From: Oligoflexia bacterium
Lineage (GTDB): Bacteria; Bdellovibrionota; UBA1018
DNA length: 64,000 bases
NCBI GenBank assembly: GCA_963758495.1
Contig: CAVWVI010000003.1
Span: 1,280,001-1,344,000, forward strand
Reading direction: 5' to 3'
Shown here: positions 9,991 to 20,006 of the stretch, in pieces
Position numbering within the stretch: the first letter of the stretch is position 1
Layout: each line of letters begins with the position of its first letter
Position numbers and translations under genes: made by a program
The notes under the pieces: model-generated
Told to the model about the DNA's origin: nothing
Databases searched by the model: none
Seen by the model: only the letters and a program-made list of their open reading frames with translations

Positions 9991-11370
9991 TTAAACCGTT
10001 CGACTAAACAGTTCCGTCGTAGGTGCCTTTTGAATTAAACGTGCATCAAAGGCCATACAAATATTTCTTAAAAAAACCCGCCCCTTTTCAGTGATTTGAC
10101 AAGAATTCGATGACAATTGAACCAAACCATCCGCTTCGAGTTCTTTCAATCGCCCTGGAACAGTCGCCAAATGAGGTGTATCCAACTCAGCCGAACTCCA
10201 TTCTGTTTGCATCCGTGTCATTAAATTTAAAATATGTCGTCGGAGAATTCGATCTTCATCAGTTAAAATATGCCCTCTATGAATAGGAATTTCACCCTTT
10301 TCAACTCTGGCCTGGTAAGTCTCAACGAGTTTTTCATTTTGCGCAAAGGCGCTCCAAGAATCTCCTATGGCAGAAACTCCCAAACCAATCAGAGGAGAAA
10401 CCTGCTTTGCAGTGTAACCCATAAAGTTTCGATGCAATGATTCATTCAAAGCCGATTTCCAAAGAGTATCCGATTCAAGTGCAAAATGATCCATCCCTAT
10501 TTCGTGATATCCCACCTCTTCAAGCATCTTCCGACCCAGCTCATAAAGCGCTCGTTTGTCATCTCCAGACGGCAAATCAGCTTCCGTAAACCGACGCTGA
10601 CCCGGCTTGATCCAAGGCACATGGGCGTACCCATAGAAAGCGATACGATCAGGGCGATGCTTTCGAACGACCTCCACTGTATTCGCCACACTCTGCAAAG
10701 TTTGATAGGGCAATCCATAAATCAAATCATAATTGATACTGGTATAACCCATCTCCCTCGCCGCTTGTGTCACCCTCAAAACTTCTTCTTCGGATTGAAC
10801 TCGATGAACAATCTCCTGAACCTTAGGATCAAAATCCTGAATTCCCAAGCTCAACCGCTTAAATCCTCTTTTATAGAGCGCCAGTAAATGCTCTGGCTGC
10901 GTGACTCTGGGGTCCGCCTCTACAGAAAACTCTGCTGTTTGCGTGACCTCGGCAGCAGATAAGATGCCGTCAACTAACTCCTCCAATTCAGATGGACTTA
11001 AAAAAGTCGGGGTGCCTCCTCCTAAATGGATCTCTCCTATTGTGATTTTTGGTGTGATTTTTCGATTGAGCCGAGCTAAATAAAGTGCCCACTCTTTCAA
11101 TACACTAGAAATGTAGGACTTAGCGACACTATGATTCCGAGTGATGCGAGTATTACATCCACAGTACGTGCAAAGACTTTGACAATAAGGGATATGAATA
11201 TACAGTGCGGCTCCAATCCCCCGCTTTTCACTTTCATCTAACGCCTGAGCAATACTTTCCAGCCACTCTTCTTCGGTAGGAGTAACAGCCCAATAAGGCA
11301 CTGTAGGATAGCTCGTATAACGAGGTCCTGGAATATTATATTTCTTAAGTAAAGACGAAGAAACTTTCAT
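9991..11370 (-). CDS. hemN: Oxygen-independent coproporphyrinogen III oxidase
   Basis: GPRYTSYPT, YIHIPYCQSLCTYCGC radical-SAM motif, GGGTPT, IGMDHFA, LHRNFMGY. Confidence 0.95.
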   Translation of the reverse strand: MKVSSSLLKKYNIPGPRYTSYPTVPYWAVTPTEEEWLESIAQALDESEKRGIGAALYIHIPYCQSLCTYCGCNTRITRNHSVAKSYISSVLKEWALYLARLNRKITPKITIGEIHLGGGTPTFLSPSELEELVDGILSAAEVTQTAEFSVEADPRVTQPEHLLALYKRGFKRLSLGIQDFDPKVQEIVHRVQSEEEVLRVTQAAREMGYTSINYDLIYGLPYQTLQSVANTVEVVRKHRPDRIAFYGYAHVPWIKPGQRRFTEADLPSGDDKRALYELGRKMLEEVGYHEIGMDHFALESDTLWKSALNESLHRNFMGYTAKQVSPLIGLGVSAIGDSWSAFAQNEKLVETYQARVEKGEIPIHRGHILTDEDRILRRHILNLMTRMQTEWSSAELDTPHLATVPGRLKELEADGLVQLSSNSCQITEKGRVFLRNICMAFDARLIQKAPTTELFSRTV

Positions 11371-12416
11371 TTTACAACCCCTGAAAACATTTGTTTCTGA
11401 AGTCTTAAAAAAAGCCGTACATTAGCCTCTGGAGTTTTAGGTAATACACCGTGACCTAATCCACAGATCCAGCCACGTCTCTTCTCCGCTGGTAATTGTT
11501 TGACCGCCCCAAAAACTCTCTTCAAGCGAAGCTCCAACTCAACCGGATCCAGAAAGAGCCATTGAGGATCTATATTCCCTTGAATTGCCCAAGTACCACC
11601 CCAGTCCGATAAAACCTGCGCTAAATCGTGATGCCAATCCACACCTAACCCTTGAATGGGTAACCCTTTCAAGCTCTCCCAATGTTCAGGCCCAGTCCTT
11701 TTAGAATAATAAATAACAGGGGTAGCGGGACAACTCTCTTTAAACTGACGCAACACTATCTCCAAATAAGGAACCACTGTTTTTTTGTAGATAGAAGAAT
11801 CAAACTCCCCCGCACAAGTGTCCATGACTGCAATCACGTCAGCACCTGCATTGGTTTGTAGAACCATATTCTCAACTAAAAGATCCACAAGCTTTTCAAA
11901 AAAACCATTCCATCTTCCGTCATGAAGTCCCTGACGAGCGGAACTGAGATCTCCCTTATGACTTCCTTCAACCGCGTAACAAAATAAAGTTAATGGACCA
12001 CCTACAAATCCTAAAAGACCTTTATCCTGCGGCAATTCCTTTCTAATTAACTCCAAAGCTCGTGCTTGAAACGAAAGCGATTCGACCAGCGAACGCCCCC
12101 CCTTCAAACGCTTGAGATCCGATACGTCTCGAAGATGCCAGTCCAACTGAGGACCCTCTTCATACTTAAGCCCCATCCCCATGGCTTCCAGTGGAAAAAG
12201 TAAATCTGAAAACAAAATTGCGGCATCAAAATTAAAATCTCGAATCGGTCCCATCGTTGCTTCACAAGCGATTTCCGGGATTTTACAAAGATCTATAAAT
12301 GAAGAACTTTTTCTCAATCTCTGATAATGCGAATGATAACGCCCCGCTTGACGCATAAACCAAACGGGTGGCCTTAAATCATTTTGCTTCAAAATCGCTT
12401 TAGTAAATAAACTCAT
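11367..12416 (-). CDS. hemE: Uroporphyrinogen decarboxylase
   Basis: PVWFMRQAGRY, DAAILFSD, QGNIDP, GLGHGVLP. Confidence 0.95.
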   Translation of the reverse strand: MSLFTKAILKQNDLRPPVWFMRQAGRYHSHYQRLRKSSSFIDLCKIPEIACEATMGPIRDFNFDAAILFSDLLFPLEAMGMGLKYEEGPQLDWHLRDVSDLKRLKGGRSLVESLSFQARALELIRKELPQDKGLLGFVGGPLTLFCYAVEGSHKGDLSSARQGLHDGRWNGFFEKLVDLLVENMVLQTNAGADVIAVMDTCAGEFDSSIYKKTVVPYLEIVLRQFKESCPATPVIYYSKRTGPEHWESLKGLPIQGLGVDWHHDLAQVLSDWGGTWAIQGNIDPQWLFLDPVELELRLKRVFGAVKQLPAEKRRGWICGLGHGVLPKTPEANVRLFLRLQKQMFSGVVK

Positions 12417-13117
12417 AATAATTGGTACCCTATCCCCCGCACACTTTTAATGATTTCAGGACTATCTGGATTCACTTCAACTAATCGCCTCAATCGCATA
12501 ATAAAATTATCTACGGTTCTGGGAGTTGGAAACTCATCTTCAGACCATACATGGTTGAGGATATCATCGCGACTGACGACACAACCCCTTCTTTCGACAA
12601 GAAGTTTTAATAAAGATGCTTCTTTATGAGTCAATGGATGGACTTCACCGTGCACTTCTGCTTCGAACCTCTGAAAATGAATTTTCGCTCTTCCTACAAT
12701 CACACTCGAATTTTCATCTTCACTATTGCCTGCTAAATATTTTGCTCGCTTGAGTCCATTACGTACTCTTAAAATCAATTCTTTCAGATGAAAGGGCTTC
12801 ACTACATAATCCTCTGCCCCCAACTCTAGACCCCGAATTCGATCTTCTGGAGTGCCAAATGCCGTGAGAAAAATAACTGCTGTACCGGGTTGTCTTTCTC
12901 TCAAAAAACTAGCCACTTCAAAACCGGATCCATCTGGTAATCCGACATCAAGAAGAGCCAAGCCAAAACTGCGCTGAGAAATTTCCAATTGTGCTGCTGC
13001 AACGGAGGACACCCAAACTACCTCAAACCCTTCTTTTTCGAGACGCTCAACAAGGGTTAAGCCTACATTTTTTTCATCCTCTAGAAGAAGAAGCCTTGAA
13101 GAATAGCGATCAACCAT
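12413..13117 (-). CDS. OmpR/PhoB-family response regulator (in frame with the upstream kinase in this sequence)
   Basis: LLLEDE, LLDVGLPDGSG, GAEDYVVKPF, winged helix RTVDNFIMRLR, SVRGIGY; own RBS AAGGAGGGG before ATG 13117. Confidence 0.9.
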   Translation of the reverse strand: MVDRYSSRLLLLEDEKNVGLTLVERLEKEGFEVVWVSSVAAAQLEISQRSFGLALLDVGLPDGSGFEVASFLRERQPGTAVIFLTAFGTPEDRIRGLELGAEDYVVKPFHLKELILRVRNGLKRAKYLAGNSEDENSSVIVGRAKIHFQRFEAEVHGEVHPLTHKEASLLKLLVERRGCVVSRDDILNHVWSEDEFPTPRTVDNFIMRLRRLVEVNPDSPEIIKSVRGIGYQLL

Positions 13118-14137
13118 GAAGCATCCCCTCCTTAAAACAGAGTGAAACTTCAAAGCCTGAGGGATTATACCGGAAGGATTATTACCGGAAGGATTATTAC
13201 TTGAGGGATTATTACCTAAGGCATTACTACAAGAAGAATAGTGAACCCACCCTCCCATTCTTTTCATCAATACTTTTACTAAATAGAGCCCCACTCCTGT
13301 GCCAGAAGAAGACACTCCCTTTTGAAAAATCTTGCCCAGCTTTTTCTCATCCCCTAAAAATCCTTGTCCATCATCCTTCAATACAAGGATGATGGTTTTG
13401 TCCTTGAAAACAGACGTAATGGAAATGATCACCTTTTCGCGTTTCGCATGTCTCACAGAATTTTCTAAGAGGTTTTTAAATATCACTTTTAAAGCTGTGG
13501 GATCCGCCTCAATGATCGCATCGTCAATCTTAGACTGACATTCTACTTTTTCCCGATAATCAGCAGCCCAAGATTTCAAAAATCGATCTAACCAAGGCTT
13601 GACCTCTATTTGTTGTATATAAACAGGTCCGCCGCCCTCCACTCTCGCCAATTCTAAAGTTCTTTCAACTTGCGCCTCTAAGCGAATGCTATCTTCCATA
13701 AGTCGATGCACGAGCTTTTTCTGAGAAGCATCCTCTAAAAGATTATCGGCAATGGATTCAGCTTGAAGACGAATGCTGGTAAGTGGCGTTCTGAGTTCAT
13801 GAGTCACTGATGCAAAAAATGCTTGCAGCCCACGTGCCCGTTTTACATCTCTCCAATAAAGCCAAAACAAAAGAGCGGTACTCGCTAAAAGCAGACTAAA
13901 AAAAGTAGCAGACTCCCAGAAAAGCATTCGCTGAGTTCGATGCCAATAATTTTCTGTCAGGTTTTTAGCCCAACCTTGACTTTGTTCTAGCTCGGCAATT
14001 CTTCCCGCTTGTCTTAATAAAAGGCGCCACCACCAACCCCCAAGAAGGCACACTACCCCTAGCCACACAAAATGGGCTCCGAGCATCACTCGGAGGCGAC
14101 GATCAGCGGTTGATTTAGTATTGATTTTTTGTGTCAT
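13110..14137 (-). CDS. Membrane sensor histidine kinase; its natural stop at 13110-13112 is bypassed by a 1-nt-short repeat unit
   Basis: Two TM helices, THELRTPL H-box, NLLENS, DDGQGF, GTGVGL; the terminal strand GFEVSLCF lies in the shifted frame. Confidence 0.85.
13158..13216. repeat. 15-bp tandem repeat x4 (last unit 14 bp)
   Basis: Minus strand GGTAATAATCCCTCA AGTAATAATCCTTCC GGTAATAATCCTTCC GGTATAATCCCTCA. Confidence 0.9.
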
Positions 14138-15462
14138 CGAGGTAATTTTTGGATCGCCTTCGCCATTGCATGGATGAACTTTTCATTTTGTTTTTCATGA
14201 TGAGCCGTTGAAAGAAAAGAAACTTCATAAGCACTCGGAGCCAGATAAACCCCCTCATGCAAAAGAGTATGAAAAATTTTTGAATACTTTTCTTTGTGAC
14301 CCACGGGAGTTTCGCAAGGAGTTCTCACCCAACCATCCGCTGTTTTAACTTCGCCTATTAAAATCCAAAAAAGGGACGAAAACCTTTGTACGCGAGTAGG
14401 CAACCCGGCTTTTCGTGCTACCTCTTCTAAAGAATCAGCGAGTTCATTTGTACTTCTCTCCAGTGCGGCGTAAGGTTTTTCATGCTTCAATTTTTTCAAG
14501 GTCGCAATCCCTGCAGCCATAGCCACCGGATTAGCACTCAAAGTCCCCGCCTGATAGACGGGACCTAGGGGCGCTACCCAATCCATCAAATCCGCACGTC
14601 CGCCATAAGCTCCGACCGGAAAGCCTCCGCCAATAATTTTGCCATAAGTGACAAGATCCGGTCGTATCCCAGTTCGTTCTGCCATGCCACCAAACGCGAC
14701 ACGAAACCCCGTAATGACTTCATCGAAAATCACTAGACTTCCCGCAGCGCGTGCTAATTGAGTCATTTTATGTAAAAACTCATCCGTTTGGACTAGTAAT
14801 CCATTATTTGCAGGCACGGGCTCCACAATCACCGCAGCGATTTCGCTTCCATGAAGTTGAAATACTTTTTCAAGTTGCGCTAAATCATTCAATGACACCA
14901 CAATCGTTTCAGAAGCCACATTCGTAGAGACCCCTGCACTATCTGGAGACGCCATTTCAGCCAACCCTGACCCCGCTCGAACCAACATCGAGTCTACATG
15001 ACCATGATAACATCCATCAAATTTAAGAATCTTATTCCGACCGGTTGCCGCGCGTGCAACCCGAAGAGCCGCCATGACTGCTTCGGTACCTGAATTGACA
15101 AAGCGAATTTTCTGTACCCATGGCAAGGCTCCCGTAATGATTTCAGCTAACTCGAGCGAATAGGGTTCTGCCGTTCCATAAGACCAGCCCCGTTTCAAGG
15201 CTTTTTGAACCGCTTCGAAAATCTCTGGATTCTGATGTCCAAAAATCAAAGGCCCCCAAGACATACAATAATCCAGGTAACGATTCCCATCCACATCCTC
15301 AAGCTCAACTCCTGTTGCAGATTGGATAAATCTCGGAGTTCCACCTACTCCACGAAAAGCCCTCACAGGAGAATGAACTCCTCCTGGAGTCATTTGTTTT
15401 GATTTTTCGAATAAGGATTCTGACAATTGAGTCAATTGCTGAGTAGGTTGTGGAACACTCAT
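14134..15462 (-). CDS. hemL: Glutamate-1-semialdehyde 2,1-aminomutase
   Basis: PGGVHSPVRAF, VNSGTEA, YHGH, FDEVITGFR, GKIIGGG, YQAGTLSANP. Confidence 0.95.
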   Translation of the reverse strand: MSVPQPTQQLTQLSESLFEKSKQMTPGGVHSPVRAFRGVGGTPRFIQSATGVELEDVDGNRYLDYCMSWGPLIFGHQNPEIFEAVQKALKRGWSYGTAEPYSLELAEIITGALPWVQKIRFVNSGTEAVMAALRVARAATGRNKILKFDGCYHGHVDSMLVRAGSGLAEMASPDSAGVSTNVASETIVVSLNDLAQLEKVFQLHGSEIAAVIVEPVPANNGLLVQTDEFLHKMTQLARAAGSLVIFDEVITGFRVAFGGMAERTGIRPDLVTYGKIIGGGFPVGAYGGRADLMDWVAPLGPVYQAGTLSANPVAMAAGIATLKKLKHEKPYAALERSTNELADSLEEVARKAGLPTRVQRFSSLFWILIGEVKTADGWVRTPCETPVGHKEKYSKIFHTLLHEGVYLAPSAYEVSFLSTAHHEKQNEKFIHAMAKAIQKLPR

Positions 15463-16451
15463 GAGTTTCTCCCTAAATATTGACGCGCATACCTCGCGCC
15501 ATAAGTAATAATCATAGACGCACCGGCACGAACAAAAGCTGTCCAAGCCTCCACATGCGCAGCAGGTGCGTTAATAAGGCCGTTTTGAGCAAGAACTTCA
15601 ATGGCTGCAAACTCGCCACTCACCTCATAAACAGCCCAAGGTTTTTGAATTTCAGTAGAAAGTTTGGAAAGAATATCTAAATAAGGAAGTCCTGGCTTGA
15701 CCATAAGAATGTCCGCCCCTTCTTCCACATCCCGAAGTGAACTTTGAAGTGCATCGCGAGGGGATGCTGGATCGAGCTGATAAGTCGCTCGATCTTTCAA
15801 ACTACTTTCTCCCTTAGGGGCCGAATCAGCCGCCACTCTAAAAGGTCCATAAAATTTTGAATGAAATTTTGCAGAATAGCTCATAATCAAAACTGAATCG
15901 AGACCCGCACGATCGAGTTCTTTTCGAATCGCCCCGACTCTTCCGTCCATCATATCGCTCGGAGCCACGCAATCCACCCCTGCCTGTGCATAGGCTAGCC
16001 CTTGTTTTGCAAGTTCTTCCACCGTAGAAGCATTATCCACATGATCCAATTCGGCAGAGAGAATCCCACACTGGCCATGAGTTGTAGCGGAACAAAGGCA
16101 GACATCCGCGGCTAAAAAAATGTCCTTCCCAAATCTCTTACGAATCGATTGAATTTGATTCGCAGTAAATCCAGGATTAAAATCTTTTGCTCTTTTCTCT
16201 CCAGGTACACCAAAGAGAATAAATTTCTTTACCCCCGCTTCAAGATCACTCTCAATCGTTTTAAGAATAGATTCTGAAGTTTCTCGAAAGGTGCCCGTGA
16301 TACCGGGAACTGCCTCACGCACTCCCAAGCCCTCGACCACAAAGAGAGGCTGAATGAGTTGATCTACTGAAACTCGATATTCCTGCACTAACTCTCGAAT
16401 ATTTGAATTTTGGCGCAACCGTCTTAAATTCATTAAGTAATTTTTAGCCAT
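15459..16451 (-). CDS. hemB: Porphobilinogen synthase
   Basis: RRLR, DVCLC..T.HGQCG, APSDMMDGR, YSAKF.S.FYGPFR, MVKPG. Confidence 0.95.
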   Translation of the reverse strand: MAKNYLMNLRRLRQNSNIRELVQEYRVSVDQLIQPLFVVEGLGVREAVPGITGTFRETSESILKTIESDLEAGVKKFILFGVPGEKRAKDFNPGFTANQIQSIRKRFGKDIFLAADVCLCSATTHGQCGILSAELDHVDNASTVEELAKQGLAYAQAGVDCVAPSDMMDGRVGAIRKELDRAGLDSVLIMSYSAKFHSKFYGPFRVAADSAPKGESSLKDRATYQLDPASPRDALQSSLRDVEEGADILMVKPGLPYLDILSKLSTEIQKPWAVYEVSGEFAAIEVLAQNGLINAPAAHVEAWTAFVRAGASMIITYGARYARQYLGRNS

Positions 16452-18043
16452 TTTCTCCATTCCTCTACTGACGGAAAAACTTCTGGTTCCACTCCAGCCT
16501 CACGCAAGTGGGCCACCGTCTTACCCGGCCCGCAGGCCTGCCGACTCATGGGTTGTATGTATTCTTTTAACTCATCAAACTGGGTTCCGCTGCTCCAAAA
16601 TACGTGAGTAGCCTCTTTGAGCGCGGATTTCGCGGCTTCTCCATAATTCAGTCTATCATTCACACTAGAATGAGGTCCATAATCAGAGTTTACTTTGTAA
16701 GTCGCTATCGCCCGAAATCCTTTTGACACCCAGTCTTCCAAAGCATCTGAATGAGTCAAAATAATCCAATCTTTCAATGCAGACAGTCCAAGTGATGCTT
16801 CTCTCAGGGTAGGCTCCAAATGCTCAAACCCTAACCCTTCCGCACAGCCTTCAACCCAAACCCCTTGATCAGCCAGCCGAAACCAACTCGGTGTTCCAGA
16901 AGTCCAAACTCGGGCATTTTGAATCTGATGGATGCCATTTTTCCCTAAAGCACGCGAATGTGCGACAAATACGGCCTTATTTTCTAGATTCAGGTTCACT
17001 TCAAAGGGAGTACTCCCCTTTGGTCTCCCCTTTGCCCTCCAGCTGCTTCCATCCCAAGCGCGAATCCCACTCAAGGAAGAAAAACTTAAAACCGGAGCTT
17101 GCCAAGTAACCTCGCTCACCCGATTTCCATCTGGCTTAACTCCTTGAATAAAAAGCACTTCCCCTAAATATTCCGTTTGAATAGAAGTAGCACCAAATCG
17201 TTGATGACACCCCCCTCCCCAATCCGCCAGTAATTGACGTTCCGACGTCACTTGCCGAGCAGTCTGCTCATTGTGAAGCCGACTCAGTATATTTTTAACT
17301 TTTTCATCGTTCGCTCGACATTCAATTGCCAAAGCGCCTTGAGCGGGCGCAGAGGGGCACTCTTTCAAGGGCAAAACCATCCAACGAACCCCCTGAAGTA
17401 ACCGACTCATCTCCTTCTGACCCATAGGGTCATTCCAAAGTCGAATCAGGCCGGCGAACGCCAAAACTACACCATCTAAATATTTCTCAGAATCCACAGA
17501 CTCATGAACTCGACTTAAACGTGTATTTACATTGCCACGGATTTCTTTGAATTCAAACTGAGGCCTTCCCAAGTCGGTGGCCTCAATATTAAATTGCACC
17601 CTTGGAAAAGCTCGCTCTAGAAATCCTGGAATATTTTCAATTCGACGAGGTGAAGATGTGCCAATTTTTAAGGACTTCCCTGACCGAGCATTGTGAAGTG
17701 CCTGAGGACCAAATAAAATGACATCCCGTGGATTTTCCCGCTTGGGTATTGCTCCACAAATCAATGCAGAGGGTCGCTCGAGACTCAAATCCTTCATCGA
17801 ATGCACGGTAAAATCAACTTCACCTGCTGCTAATGCTTGATCAATTTCAGCGACAAAAAACTCTTTTCCTTGAATGCTTTGAAGAGGAACATCCAAAATT
17901 CGATCGCCTCGAGTTTCGATTCCCTGAAGCTCGACACACACTCCCGGATTTAATCTCTCCACCTCTCGTGCTACCCAGCTACTTTGGGCCCATGCCAAAA
18001 GTGATCTACGAGTTCCCAACTTAAGTATTATTGATGTCATCAT
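16433..18043 (-). CDS. hemC: Hydroxymethylbilane synthase fused to a C-terminal HemD-like region
   Basis: GTRRSLLA, VHSMKDL, GTSSPRR, IRGNVNTRL, PAQGALAIE, GGGC; ~210 extra residues with GCAEGLG, TY, CGPGKT resembling uroporphyrinogen III synthase. Confidence 0.85.
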   Translation of the reverse strand: MMTSIILKLGTRRSLLAWAQSSWVAREVERLNPGVCVELQGIETRGDRILDVPLQSIQGKEFFVAEIDQALAAGEVDFTVHSMKDLSLERPSALICGAIPKRENPRDVILFGPQALHNARSGKSLKIGTSSPRRIENIPGFLERAFPRVQFNIEATDLGRPQFEFKEIRGNVNTRLSRVHESVDSEKYLDGVVLAFAGLIRLWNDPMGQKEMSRLLQGVRWMVLPLKECPSAPAQGALAIECRANDEKVKNILSRLHNEQTARQVTSERQLLADWGGGCHQRFGATSIQTEYLGEVLFIQGVKPDGNRVSEVTWQAPVLSFSSLSGIRAWDGSSWRAKGRPKGSTPFEVNLNLENKAVFVAHSRALGKNGIHQIQNARVWTSGTPSWFRLADQGVWVEGCAEGLGFEHLEPTLREASLGLSALKDWIILTHSDALEDWVSKGFRAIATYKVNSDYGPHSSVNDRLNYGEAAKSALKEATHVFWSSGTQFDELKEYIQPMSRQACGPGKTVAHLREAGVEPEVFPSVEEWRKWLKIT

Positions 18044-18044
18044 T

Positions 18045-18105
18045 TTAAAACCTGCGTTAAATCTACGTTAAAATCTACGTTAAAACCTGCATTAAAACCT
18101 GTGTT
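18045..18105. repeat. Intergenic 12-bp tandem repeat x5 between hemA and hemC
   Basis: ttaaaacctgcg ttaaatctacg ttaaaatctacg ttaaaacctgca ttaaaacctgtg. Confidence 0.85.
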
Positions 18106-18123
18106 TTATAGTATTATATAGTA

Positions 18124-19101
18124 TTACGCAAAACAGGCTAAGTCTTCCCAGCCATGCGATATAGAAAGTGACGCTCCTAATGAGCGCAATTTAGATCTCT
18201 CATCACAAGCACGTTCGGCATAGCCAATCTGCACCGAACGAACATTTCCTAAAGAATTTTGAAGTTTAAAAAGATCATTCAAACAGTAAAACTGAGGTAA
18301 TTGACTCCAGTTTCCACAATGCTTTTTCATTCCACCTAGATGAATGACAAGACGATTTCCAGATCGACTTTTTATTTGGCCTTTTCGAAACCATTCTATC
18401 CTCTCTGGATCCTGAACAGCGTCAAAGGGAATGCAAACGACTACGTGGGCGGCCGTTTCCCAAGCTTTCATTTCTTCTTCCCGGCTCCTGATTTTTTTCA
18501 CGGCTAGAGGAGAGCGCTTTAAAAGCTGATTATGGAAGTCAGATAAATGTGCTGCATTTCGATTGGAAAGCCAAAGTTCATAATCTTCCAACAAGAGAGG
18601 CCCAATGGATTGAGCAATTTGCCCTGCACCGACAATCAGAATCGGTCCATCCAAAGATCCTTTTTGATCTTTAATCAGTCTTCTGATTAAAGTTCCATAA
18701 GACGAACCGCCGAGATTTTGTAAATATCGATTTCGAATTTCTTTGGTGTCTTCAAAAAGCTTTTGAATCCAAAAATTTAACTCAGAAACTTTAGACTTCT
18801 CTGCAGACTCCGCCTTACGCCAAGCCTCCTTTACCTGTCCAAAAACATCAGTTTCCCCGAGTACTTCGCTTTCAAGACCTGTGGCCAGTCTCAACAAAAA
18901 GCGATACGCATCATGACCTTGATAATAGATCGAACCAGGGGTCTCAATTGGACAGCTTTTGAAGTGCTCTGAACTTGAAATCCAAAGCAATCTTTGACAG
19001 GTCTCTAAGCAAAACACGCCCTCAATCCCTTCTGCAAAAGCAGGTAGGCATTGGGTACGATTCTTAGCTAGATGTAGAACTCGGAGATCCTCAAGCTGCA
19101 T
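18124..19101 (-). CDS. hemA: Glutamyl-tRNA reductase (short, divergent form)
   Basis: ETCQR catalytic Cys, GLES.VLGETDVFGQVKEA, IVGAGQI NADPH motif; first gene of the hem operon. Confidence 0.8.
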   Translation of the reverse strand: MQLEDLRVLHLAKNRTQCLPAFAEGIEGVFCLETCQRLLWISSSEHFKSCPIETPGSIYYQGHDAYRFLLRLATGLESEVLGETDVFGQVKEAWRKAESAEKSKVSELNFWIQKLFEDTKEIRNRYLQNLGGSSYGTLIRRLIKDQKGSLDGPILIVGAGQIAQSIGPLLLEDYELWLSNRNAAHLSDFHNQLLKRSPLAVKKIRSREEEMKAWETAAHVVVCIPFDAVQDPERIEWFRKGQIKSRSGNRLVIHLGGMKKHCGNWSQLPQFYCLNDLFKLQNSLGNVRSVQIGYAERACDERSKLRSLGASLSISHGWEDLACFA

Positions 19102-19170
19102 CCCATGACTATACTTGAAACCCAGCTTAAGAATGTCATGGGATTGTCACAGAAATGTCGCAAATTGTGG
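19100..19170. promoter_or_regulatory. Candidate OmpR/PhoB-type direct-repeat box plus a 10-bp inverted repeat over the hemA start
   Basis: TGTCAT 19134, TGTCAC 19145, TGTCGC 19156 (11-bp period); ATCCCATGAC 19100-19109 / GTCATGGGAT 19135-19144. Confidence 0.5.
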
Positions 19171-19183
19171 TAAGTGACTCCAA

Positions 19184-19933
19184 ATGAGCACTCAAACTGA
19201 AAACCCCACTCTCATCTTTTGTGATGGGGCTAGTTCTGGAAATCCAGGTCCAGGGGGATGGGGAGCCATTATCGCCACCCCCGAAGGAAAAATTACTGAG
19301 CTTGGGGGCCGCGAAGTCCCGACGACAAATAATCGAATGGAGCTTACCGGCGCTATCCGAGCCCTTGAGGTCACAAAAGAAATTAAAAACCAGGAAAACA
19401 AAAGTCGGATAGAAATCTACACGGATTCAACCTACGTCATTCGGGGAATTACACAATGGATTTGGGGTTGGCGAAAACGCAACTGGATCACTGCTGAGGG
19501 TAAAGAAGTCGCCAACACTGACCTATGGAAAAAACTCTCCCTCGCTATTCAAGGACAAGAAATTGAATGGAAATACGTCCGTGGCCATACGGGAGTTCCC
19601 GGAAATGAAAGAACAGATCAAATTGCCGTAGCCTTTTCTCAAGGAAAATTTATCCAACTCTATAGGGGTCCTTTACTTCAATACGAATTTCCGATTTATG
19701 ACCTCCCTGACACTACCGATCTTCCAGAAATGAAGCCTAAGCAAACTCCTTCCAAACCTTATTCATATCTAAGCTATGTTGACAATATTCCCATGCGCCA
19801 CTCAACTTGGCGAGAATGCGAAGGACGTGTCAAGGGGCGTCCAGGAGCAAAATTTAAAAAAGCGATGACCCCCGAAGACGAAGTCAAAATACTAAAATCA
19901 TGGGGATTAGAGCCAAAAAAGCTTCTAGATTGA
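19184..19933 (+). CDS. rnhA: Ribonuclease HI with C-terminal hybrid-binding (viroplasmin-like) domain
   Basis: DGASSGNPGPGGWG, TTNNRMEL, TDSTYV, VRGHTGVPGNERTD; C-terminal TWRECEGRVKG..GAKFKK. Confidence 0.9.
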   Translation: MSTQTENPTLIFCDGASSGNPGPGGWGAIIATPEGKITELGGREVPTTNNRMELTGAIRALEVTKEIKNQENKSRIEIYTDSTYVIRGITQWIWGWRKRNWITAEGKEVANTDLWKKLSLAIQGQEIEWKYVRGHTGVPGNERTDQIAVAFSQGKFIQLYRGPLLQYEFPIYDLPDTTDLPEMKPKQTPSKPYSYLSYVDNIPMRHSTWRECEGRVKGRPGAKFKKAMTPEDEVKILKSWGLEPKKLLD

Positions 19934-20006
19934 CTAGTCTCCTTATTAATTTGGTGTTAATAATGCATAGACAACTCGCAGTCAATGTCCTAGGAGGAAG
20001 GAAATC

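Noticed and set aside
12413..14137. Genuine 574-aa hybrid kinase with a DNA-binding output domain
   Set aside because: The kinase's last strand and stop are in another frame and the regulator has its own RBS and ATG; the fusion results from a 1-nt-short repeat unit.
18045..18105. CRISPR array (also considered at 48186, 59743 and 60931)
   Set aside because: Units are contiguous without unique spacers, or occur only twice; there are no cas genes.
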